Origin: Hadesarchaea archaeon
Lineage (GTDB): Archaea; Hadarchaeota; Hadarchaeia; Hadarchaeales; WYZ-LMO6
Reading direction: 5' to 3'
NCBI GenBank assembly: GCA_029259185.1
Contig: JAPDJF010000011.1
Span: 1 to 11,008, forward strand
Length of the DNA: 11,008 nt
Below the pieces are notes generated by a model that did no database searches, was not told where the DNA came from, and was given only the letters and a program-made list of their open reading frames with translations. Shown here one piece after another: positions 1-6,582 of this stretch; the stretch's first letter is position 1; every line of letters begins with the position of its first letter. The translations under genes were made by a program, and so were the position numbers.

Positions 1-68
1 ATGGTTTCCTTGAGCGCATCGAACTGCTCTCTCGTGGGGTTCAGCCTGACCAAGAGCGTCTGCTTCAC
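1..68 (-). CDS. tnpB: TnpB (IS200/IS605 OrfB RNA-guided endonuclease), N-terminal fragment running off the window edge
   Basis: Manual translation from GTG at 68 gives MKQTLLVRLNPTREQFDALKET(M/I), matching the TnpB N-terminal pattern (T-x-x-V-K/R-L-x-P-T-x-E-Q...L-x-E-T). It lies directly downstream of an IS605-type end hairpin. Confidence 0.8.
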   Translation of the reverse strand, partial: MKQTLLVRLNPTREQFDALKET

Positions 69-154
69 GGTAGGGATTATTTCCTTCAATACATAAAAAG
101 TTTTCACCAATTCCTCCCCGCCCTCTCAGACGGGGCCTCCTTGGTGGTGGTAAG
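69..154 (-). mobile_element. IS200/IS605 (IS1341-like) left end with subterminal hairpin
   Basis: The minus strand reads CACCAA-GGAGG-CCCCGTCT-GAGA-GGGCGGGG-AGGAA-TTGGTG: an 8-bp GC-rich stem with G-T pairs plus an outer CACCAA/TTGGTG stem. It is preceded by TTCAC (159-155, candidate TAM). There is no tnpA between this end and tnpB. The boundary at 154 is inferred. Confidence 0.75.
90..105 (-). promoter_or_regulatory. BRE/TATA-like promoter of tnpB
   Basis: Minus strand GAAAACTTTTTATGTA lies about 25 nt upstream of the GTG at 68, consistent with a leaderless archaeal transcript. Confidence 0.5.
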
Positions 155-172
155 GTGAACAACTGGAACTAA

Positions 173-388
173 TCATTTTATCAAATAATAACCCGCGGCT
201 TTTTCGCGTGCTACCCTCTTCGCAAATCCCTTGGACACGAGTTCCATCAAGCTGTTGTTCACCATCCCCTTGGGTAGCCTCGTCGCGCGCATGACATCAT
301 CCGCTGTCTTCAGCGAGTTCGAAGAAGTGGCCCCGAGCCTTTTCAACGCATCATACACCTTCTGAGCGTTCCCGGAGAGTCCCTCCAA
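173..388 (-). CDS. Small archaeal winged helix-turn-helix protein (putative transcriptional regulator)
   Basis: 71 aa with pattern LSGNAQKVYDALK...KTADDVMRATRLPKGMVNNSLMELVSKGFAKRV...GYY (helix-HTH-wing). TTG start preceded by a GGGTGA SD. Confidence 0.8.
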   Translation of the reverse strand: MEGLSGNAQKVYDALKRLGATSSNSLKTADDVMRATRLPKGMVNNSLMELVSKGFAKRVAREKAAGYYLIK

Positions 389-551
389 AATCTCACCCGT
401 GGTAGTCGGAACTCTCAGTTTTTAACTCTATCGGCGGGCGAAGACGAGCAGGACATGCCCTTCGGATGAGTATGCCTAATAAAGACAATTTGAACGAAAC
501 GATCGTACCGCTAAGTTTTAACTGAGAAGAGTGGAGAGAGGTACGTACAAC

Positions 552-818
552 ATGGATGTGAGTCTGATCCTGCAACTGATCGTGCTCTTGCTGGAGGGTG
601 TTGTGATATTCGTCATTCTGTTCCATCTCCGCAGGCTCTCGATCCACACCGAAGCTCTGGATCGCCACATCGAGAGTCTCGATAACCACCTCCGGGAACT
701 CGACTCTCACACCAAACGAGTGGAAGATAGCACTAGGAAGCTCCTGCTCAATTTAACTCAAAAATTGAGAAAGGGAGTAAGAACACCTAGACGAGCAAGA
801 CCGAAAAGATCCCTGTGA
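552..818 (+). CDS. Small single-pass membrane protein with His-heptad coiled coil and basic tail
   Basis: ATG at 552 follows GAGAGGT (alternative GTG at 531). Hydrophobic N-terminal segment LILQLIVLLLEGVVIFVILF, then five H-x-x-x-(L/V) heptads. The 3' end overlaps the convergent DUF1614 gene by 32 nt. Confidence 0.7.
   Translation: MDVSLILQLIVLLLEGVVIFVILFHLRRLSIHTEALDRHIESLDNHLRELDSHTKRVEDSTRKLLLNLTQKLRKGVRTPRRARPKRSL
624..728 (+). repeat. Degenerate 21-nt tandem repeat (5 units) encoding His heptads
   Basis: Units: catctccgcaggctctcgatc / cacaccgaagctctggatcgc / cacatcgagagtctcgataac / cacctccgggaactcgactct / cacaccaaacgagtggaagat. Confidence 0.6.
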
Positions 819-1464
819 GAAAAATGCCATCGAAAGTTCCCGCCCCACCTATACTCACCACGGGAGCCCCTAGCCTGTATACTTTCCTCATGTTCATCAA
901 ATCTGCTCCTAGGAGAACCCCCACCACTCCAGAAACGTACGCAAGAGCGGCGGTGTTGCCCCCACCCAAGAATGTGGCCACCAACGCTGATACGATGGGT
1001 GGAATCGGTGCAGGCATCACTATTCCAACCCCAGGCACGGGGCGAGCGAGCTTCCAGCAAACTAGGGTTACCACCGAGATCCCCACCAAAACCCTCCAAG
1101 AAAAAATCGCGCCGAATTTGAGGATGAGAAAAGCTGAAAGGGTGAGAGGAACCAATGCCCCACCGATATTCAGTGCCAAGATGGTGCGCCTCCTTCCACG
1201 CTCCCACACCACTATCGGATAGAGAAAACCATAAAAATCTTGGACTCGGATTCCGAAAACATCACCCTCAGTATAAAACGTCTTGATGGGTAAGTTGATC
1301 GCACTTCCAAAGATGGAGAAGACGAGGAGGTAAAAGGCCGCACCTGGAGGGAGGCCGAGTTTCATGAATGCCTCACCCATCAAGAGTGGAAGAAGGAAAG
1401 CTAGGAGTATCAAGATGGAAAAGAACGGAAGGGCAAGCGGCAAGTAAAGGAGATGCCTGCTCAC
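787..1464 (-). CDS. DUF1614 family multi-pass membrane protein
   Basis: 225 aa, hydrophobic, with family motifs GSAINLP, ALNIGGALVP, ARPVPGVGI, LLGADLMN and SIGGAGTFDGIFLTG. Confidence 0.9.
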   Translation of the reverse strand: MSRHLLYLPLALPFFSILILLAFLLPLLMGEAFMKLGLPPGAAFYLLVFSIFGSAINLPIKTFYTEGDVFGIRVQDFYGFLYPIVVWERGRRRTILALNIGGALVPLTLSAFLILKFGAIFSWRVLVGISVVTLVCWKLARPVPGVGIVMPAPIPPIVSALVATFLGGGNTAALAYVSGVVGVLLGADLMNMRKVYRLGAPVVSIGGAGTFDGIFLTGIFSVLLV

Positions 1465-1478
1465 GGTAGTGTCCCCAG

Positions 1479-2381
1479 CTAGAGCTTGAGCTTGAATAGT
1501 TCCTCGTACTTCGCCTTTACAGCATCTTCCCAGAACTTCCTTACACCCTCCTTCGTTTTCGGGTGTTCAAGCATCTTCCTTATCACAGATATCGGGACGG
1601 TCGCCACATCCGCCCCTGCTTCCGCTACCTCTCGTACTTGTCTCGGATGTCTGAGGCTAGACGCTATGATCTTGGTCTTGATGTGGTAAGTCCGGAATAT
1701 TTGGACGATCTTCCTCACGAGCTCAACTCCGCTCCTCACCCCTTCGTTGCCTCCGGGATCCAACAGCTTCTTGATCTCTCCGTCTCCGTATGCTCCGGAG
1801 ATCTCACCATTCCATTCTCCAAGATACTTGGAGAGCTTCCCCCTCGCGACCTCGGAAACGAGTGAGAAGTCAAAATAGTCGTACTTCCCAAAAGGTATCC
1901 CCAAGTTGGCTCGGATGAAATCATCAACCCTACCAGCGAAAGGACTAACATACGTAGCACCGGCTTTTGCAGCTAACAAAGCCTGTTCGGGAGTCATCAC
2001 CAGTGTCGCATTGGTTCGTATCCCGGCCCTCCGAAGCGCTGCTATCGTCTCAAGTCCCCCGCACTCTCCCCCTTCCCCCATCGAAGGGTTAACGGGTATT
2101 TTTATTACAACGTTCTTGGCCACCGGATTGAATTTCTTGTACAGAATCTTAGCTTCCTCGGTCATCGACTTCGAGTCGTTGCTCATCACCTCCAAGCTAA
2201 CGGGTCTCCCTCTCCCTGCTAACCTGCATATCTCCCTCACATGAGCGTCGAGTGACCTAGAGCCCTCCTCCTCGATCGCAGCCCTCAGCAAAGTGGGGTT
2301 GGTCGTTACCCCATCGATTATTCCCCAGCCCACTGCTTCTCTGATCTCAGAGAGTTTCGCCGTGTCAACGAATATCAACAT
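1479..2381 (-). CDS. tal: Transaldolase (TalC/MipB-type fold) with a large internal insertion
   Basis: IFVDTA (D6), GVTTNPT (N28), SLEV (E64), VIKIP (Schiff-base K94), YVSPFAGR (F148), ASSLRHP and HPKT. The Glu/Phe pair indicates transaldolase rather than fructose-6-phosphate aldolase (Gln/Tyr). Confidence 0.88.
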   Translation of the reverse strand: MLIFVDTAKLSEIREAVGWGIIDGVTTNPTLLRAAIEEEGSRSLDAHVREICRLAGRGRPVSLEVMSNDSKSMTEEAKILYKKFNPVAKNVVIKIPVNPSMGEGGECGGLETIAALRRAGIRTNATLVMTPEQALLAAKAGATYVSPFAGRVDDFIRANLGIPFGKYDYFDFSLVSEVARGKLSKYLGEWNGEISGAYGDGEIKKLLDPGGNEGVRSGVELVRKIVQIFRTYHIKTKIIASSLRHPRQVREVAEAGADVATVPISVIRKMLEHPKTKEGVRKFWEDAVKAKYEELFKLKL

Positions 2382-3328
2382 CCTTTCCTCCTCCGGAACG
2401 GAAACTTAAAACTTTTGAGGAGCTTCATTATTCCTTCCTCAAGTGAAACACTCGGTTCAAAACCGAGCGAATCCCTTGCCCTCCTGATATCCGCAAGACT
2501 CCTCCGTATGTCCCCTTCCCTAGGCTCGAGGTGAATCGGCTCAAGACTCTTTCCCGTTAGCTTGAGAAAAATCGAACAGAGCTCGTTTATGGTAACGCCC
2601 CTCCCGCTCCCTATGTTGAAAACTTTCCCCCCTGCGTCCGGATGTCGGAGGGCAAGCAAATTTGCCTTAGCCACATCTTCCACATAAATGAAATCTCTGG
2701 TCTGCTCCCCATCCCCATAGATGACTGGGGGGAGATCCCTCTTAAGACGCTCAATGAACCGAATCATCACACCCCCATACTCTCCTCCAACCTGCCTAGG
2801 CCCATACACGTTGAAGTACCTCAAACAAACGCTCTGCAATCCATAATCCTCGAAAAACCTCAAACACTCCCTCTCAGCCTCAAGCTTTGACCTCGCATAT
2901 GGTGAAAGGGGGTCGAGGGGTGCATCTTCGGGCAGAGGCAGGCGGCTAGCCTCCCCGTAGACGGCACATGAGGAAGCGTACACGAATCTCTTCACCCCCT
3001 CCTCCACACATGCCTTGAGCAAATTTCGCGTACCGCCCACGTTCACACCCATGGTGAACTCGGGATTTTTCAAGGAGAGTGGTACGCTCACGAATGCTGC
3101 CTCATGAACGACCGCATCAACGCTCTCCACTGCCCTCCTCACAGCATCCGTATCCCTCACGTCCCCTCTCACGAAATGGAAACCTTGAGTTTTGAGGTGG
3201 GGCTCCAGATTTTCGATCCTCCCACGAGAGAGATCGTCGAGTACCGTTACCTGGATTCCTGAGTTTCGGAGGAGATCGACCGTATGAGATCCTATAAAAC
3301 CCGCACCCCCGGTAACAAGAACCCTCAT
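2375..3328 (-). CDS. NAD-dependent nucleotide-sugar epimerase/dehydratase (extended SDR, GalE/WbpP-like)
   Basis: VLVTGGAGFIGSH, YASSCAVYG, catalytic YARSK, LRYFNVYGPRQ and GDGEQTRDF. Start ATG 3328 (or GTG 3337). The stop overlaps the tal start by 7 nt. Confidence 0.92.
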   Translation of the reverse strand: MRVLVTGGAGFIGSHTVDLLRNSGIQVTVLDDLSRGRIENLEPHLKTQGFHFVRGDVRDTDAVRRAVESVDAVVHEAAFVSVPLSLKNPEFTMGVNVGGTRNLLKACVEEGVKRFVYASSCAVYGEASRLPLPEDAPLDPLSPYARSKLEAERECLRFFEDYGLQSVCLRYFNVYGPRQVGGEYGGVMIRFIERLKRDLPPVIYGDGEQTRDFIYVEDVAKANLLALRHPDAGGKVFNIGSGRGVTINELCSIFLKLTGKSLEPIHLEPREGDIRRSLADIRRARDSLGFEPSVSLEEGIMKLLKSFKFPFRRRKGC

Positions 3329-3441
3329 CGATTCCACTTGATTTTTTTAATTTTGGTTCTTTCGCTCGAACCGTGAGGAGCTGCAAAGATACCTCCTTTT
3401 CGACGTGGGGTACAAAACCTTAAAATGGGTTCCAACTGGCC

Positions 3442-3850
3442 ATGGTTGAGTTGGCCTCCAAGACGATAAGGGCTGAACTCTACGGCCTCACCCGGTTCAA
3501 GCGCAAGCTTCTGGAGGACCTCCAAGCCGAGTGGGATCGCGCCCAGGCCCTTGAGAGGCCGGACTCTGAGAGAGCAAACGAGGCTGCCCTCTATCTCGAG
3601 GGCGATCGTCAGCGAAGCTAAGGAGCGAAACTCGGTCATCGTGATAGGAGGTCTGAAAGGAACCGCAAGCGGGCAAAGGGAAGCTCAAGCGCATCTTGCA
3701 CTCGATGCCCTATCGCCGGCTGTAGGTACATCGAGTACAAAGGCTCTCTTGGAGGGGATCCCCATGGCACGTGCGGGAGCTGGGGCAGCGACCTTTTCAG
3801 GGTCTCCTCAAATCCCGCCGTGTGGGCTGGAGTACAACGCCGACGGCACG
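3442..3850 (+). pseudogene. tnpB: Decayed, internally deleted tnpB / Cas12f-like nuclease
   Basis: Fragments in shifting frames: MVELASKTIRAELYGLTRFKRKLLE (N-terminus), ISRAIVSEAKERNSVIVIGGLKG (RuvC-II region), KLKRILHSMPYRRL*, YIEYK, ALLEGIP and CGLEYNAD (Zn-finger end/RuvC-III). About 410 nt versus more than 1 kb for an intact gene; RuvC-I is not seen. Confidence 0.8.
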
Positions 3851-3957
3851 CGATCTCGGAGAGGGGTTCCTGGGCCACTAGCTCAGGGACGGGTGGCGTG
3901 GGGCTTTCGGCCCTTAGGGGATCCCGAGCCTCCAAGCACAAAAATTGGCCCCAGGGG

Positions 3958-4836
3958 CTATTTGCGCAAAGCCGATTTCATCTCTAGATTCATATCTATG
4001 GCTGGGGCCTTGAGAGTCATGTAGCTGGAAGATAGCACATCAGCACCGCACTTGGCATAGTCTCCCACGTTATCAGGGGTTATACCCCCCGAGACTTCAA
4101 CCAAAATCTTCTGCCGCAATCCCTCCTCTTCAAGTCTCCTTATCGCCTGCTTGGCCTCCGAAGCTGGAACGTTATCGAGCATTATTATATCCGCTCCCGC
4201 CTTCGCTGCCTCGAGTGCCTGCTCGACTCCCGTTACTTCTATTTCTATTTTCTTGGAGAACCCGCATTTTTTCGCTTTTTCGACCGCCCTCCTCACAGAA
4301 CCTACGATCCGGATGTGGTCGTCCTTTATCAAGATACAATCGTCCAGTCTGAACCTATGGGGATCTCCACCCCCTACGACCACGGCTCGCTTATCGAAAT
4401 ATCCTAAGAGGGGAATCGTCTTCCTGGTGGCCGCGATCCTAACCCCAGGCGCCCCAGCCCTCCTCACCGCCTCTTTCATGGCCCGCGTGGCCGTCGCAAC
4501 CCCACTCATCCGCATGAGCAAGTTCAGACCCACGCGCTCGGCCTTCAATATGGCATGCGCAGGACCTGAAAGAACCATGACCGTATCGTTCGGTTTCAAG
4601 GATTCTCCCTCCCTCTTGGTTTTCAGAACCTTCACCCCGACTTCCTCGAATGCCACCGTCGCCTCTTGAACCCCTGCGAGCACCCCCATTTGTTTACAAA
4701 CTATCTTAGCGCGAACCATCAGCGCGGGATCGACAAGCGCATCCGTAGTCATGTCTCCAAACCCCAGATCCTCGGCTAACATCTCGCGAATTTTCTGTTT
4801 GACCCATGGATTAACGACTTCCCCGTGCCCGATCAT
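3958..4836 (-). CDS. nadC: Quinolinate phosphoribosyltransferase (nicotinate-nucleotide pyrophosphorylase, carboxylating)
   Basis: EDLGFGDMTT, ERVGLNLLMRMSGVATAT, ATRKTIP, HRFRLDD, IEIEV, IMLDN and EVSGGIT. Confidence 0.93.
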   Translation of the reverse strand: MIGHGEVVNPWVKQKIREMLAEDLGFGDMTTDALVDPALMVRAKIVCKQMGVLAGVQEATVAFEEVGVKVLKTKREGESLKPNDTVMVLSGPAHAILKAERVGLNLLMRMSGVATATRAMKEAVRRAGAPGVRIAATRKTIPLLGYFDKRAVVVGGGDPHRFRLDDCILIKDDHIRIVGSVRRAVEKAKKCGFSKKIEIEVTGVEQALEAAKAGADIIMLDNVPASEAKQAIRRLEEEGLRQKILVEVSGGITPDNVGDYAKCGADVLSSSYMTLKAPAIDMNLEMKSALRK

Positions 4837-4939
4837 CGTTCAACATCGCGTTTATCTTCGCTCTTCTTTTATTTGTTACTCCACCCCAAGAGCCCTTACC
4901 ATAAACGCTTCCAATATGGTTGACCGCTGGATGGATTGC

Positions 4940-5701
4940 TCACAACCACCCGTCTAGGTAATCCAAACCCATTTTCGGACGGAAAACCTTCTGCTCTCCC
5001 CCTTGGACGAGTGTGAGGCGAGGCAGTTTTCCTACCGTCCCCACCATCCCACCGAAAACGATGAGACACCCTCTGATCTCGGGGATCTCTTTCGCCCTGT
5101 CCAACCCGATCCCTATGGCGTTCTCCACATCCTCCCCCCTTACTTCGTTGGAGATCGAGGTGGCGGCAGCGTCGGAGATCGATGCCTCATCCGCCACCAC
5201 CACCACCGCATCTGCCCATCCGAAGTTCAAGGAGGGTCCCACGGTTCCAGCGCTCGTGCATATCCCGGCGGGGGTGTCTCTCGGCCCCATCAGGAAACCT
5301 ATTCTCCCGGAGAGTGGGGAATCCCCTGCGAAAATGCCAACCGAGAACTCTCTCTTTCCATCGAGTGCTATATCCCCCCCATTCTCAATCAGCACATTCG
5401 ATGCACCAGTCCTCCGTGAAGCTTCGAGTGCCACCTGGGCTATGGCTCCCGCAACCGATGCGAACGGCCCCACTCCTGCTATCTCCCCAGCCCTTAGCAT
5501 CAGAGCTATGATCCTCGGGAGCTCAGAGCTTCGGACAGAGACGGGCTCAAGGGAGTACCGAAACTCTGGATACAAGAGGGCGTATCTCTCGATCTCCCTC
5601 CTAGCTCTCATCGCCGCATCTATCGCCGCTCTCACCGCTTTTTCGCTTTCTGTCTTGATGAGAAGCCTCGTCTCTTTAAACGACCACCTGCGAGAGATCA
5701 C
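4940..5701 (-). CDS. UPF0280 family ApbE-like protein
   Basis: 253 aa with motifs GVGPFASVAGAIA, IENGGDIAL, GICTSAGTVGPSLNFGWADAV and DAAATSISN. GTG start adjacent to GAGGTGA. Confidence 0.9.
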   Translation of the reverse strand: MISRRWSFKETRLLIKTESEKAVRAAIDAAMRARREIERYALLYPEFRYSLEPVSVRSSELPRIIALMLRAGEIAGVGPFASVAGAIAQVALEASRRTGASNVLIENGGDIALDGKREFSVGIFAGDSPLSGRIGFLMGPRDTPAGICTSAGTVGPSLNFGWADAVVVVADEASISDAAATSISNEVRGEDVENAIGIGLDRAKEIPEIRGCLIVFGGMVGTVGKLPRLTLVQGGEQKVFRPKMGLDYLDGWL

Positions 5702-5727
5702 TCACCTCAAGAGCTACTAACCGAGGG

Positions 5728-5740
5728 TAATTTTAAAAAT
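5728..5740. promoter_or_regulatory. Candidate bidirectional TATA box between UPF0280 and thi4
   Basis: Palindromic TTTTAAAA (5731-5738) centred in a 64-bp divergent gap, about 30 nt from both the GTG at 5701 and the ATG at 5766. Confidence 0.55.
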
Positions 5741-5765
5741 GCTCGCACCCGAGAAATGGATATCG

Positions 5766-6557
5766 ATGAAGGTGGACGAATCCGAAATCGCAGGCGAAAT
5801 AATCAAACACTTCTCAAGAGACCTCCTTGAGAACTTAGAGGTGGATGTGGCGATAGTGGGTGGAGGACCCGCTGGGCTGACGGCTGCGAGATACGTGGGA
5901 AGGCTGGGGTTGAAAACGTGTGTGTTTGAAAGAAACCTTCACATAGGGGGCGGGATATGGGGAGGTGGGATCCTCTTCCCCCGAATAGTCGTTCAAGAGC
6001 ATGCCAAGCGTCTGCTCGAAGAGATAAACGTGAAATTTGAGAAAGGGGAAAGAGGGTACTACGTGGCCGACTCGGTCGAAACCGCGTGTAAGTGCGCGAT
6101 AGGTGCGATAGAGGCGGGAGCTAAAATATTCGTTGGACTGAGCGTTGAAGATCTCCTGATAAGGGAGAAAAGAGTAGGGGGGGTCGTGATTAACTGGAAA
6201 GCCGTTGAAGCCGCCAAAATGCATGTGGATCCGATAGGAATAGAGTCGAAGGTCGTGATAGATGCGACCGGACATGAAGCATCGCTCGTCAGGACCCTCG
6301 TGGAAAAAACCAAGGTGAAGTTGCCCACACGCTCCGGTGGTGTGGAGGGGGAGGGGCCGATGTGGGCGGAGAAAGGGGAGAGCGAAATTCTGAAGAGCAC
6401 GCGGGAAGTGTATCCGGGTCTGATCGTAGCCGGCATGGCCGCATGCACGGTTTTTGGCTCCCCACGTATGGGACCGATCTTCGGGGGAATGCTTCTCTCG
6501 GGAGAAAAAGCTGCCAGGATAGCCGCGAAGAGCTCAAAACGATTCAAACGACACTAA
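5766..6557 (+). CDS. thi4: Sulfide-dependent adenosine diphosphate thiazole synthase (Thi4, non-Cys type)
   Basis: DVAIVGGGPAG, GGGIWGGG, HVDP (His where suicide Thi4s carry Cys), IDATGHEA and PRMGPIFGGMLLSG. ATG 5766 is preferred over 5739, which overlaps the TATA. Confidence 0.93.
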   Translation: MKVDESEIAGEIIKHFSRDLLENLEVDVAIVGGGPAGLTAARYVGRLGLKTCVFERNLHIGGGIWGGGILFPRIVVQEHAKRLLEEINVKFEKGERGYYVADSVETACKCAIGAIEAGAKIFVGLSVEDLLIREKRVGGVVINWKAVEAAKMHVDPIGIESKVVIDATGHEASLVRTLVEKTKVKLPTRSGGVEGEGPMWAEKGESEILKSTREVYPGLIVAGMAACTVFGSPRMGPIFGGMLLSGEKAARIAAKSSKRFKRH

Positions 6558-6582
6558 TGTGAATTGTTCTAAGTCTGGATGA

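Noticed and set aside
393-710. 105-aa minus-strand ORF
   Set aside because: Antisense to the TM/His-heptad gene and crosses the promoter region; no recognisable motif.
624-728. CRISPR-like periodicity
   Set aside because: Units are contiguous, degenerate, 21 nt and codon-phased with no spacers, so this is a protein repeat.
1731-1919. Intein in transaldolase
   Set aside because: Too short, and no Cys/Ser start with a His-Asn end at the insert boundaries.
3551-4024. 157-aa ORF as an intact gene
   Set aside because: It is a mosaic of in-frame TnpB fragments and out-of-frame sequence, and it runs into nadC; treated as part of the pseudogene.
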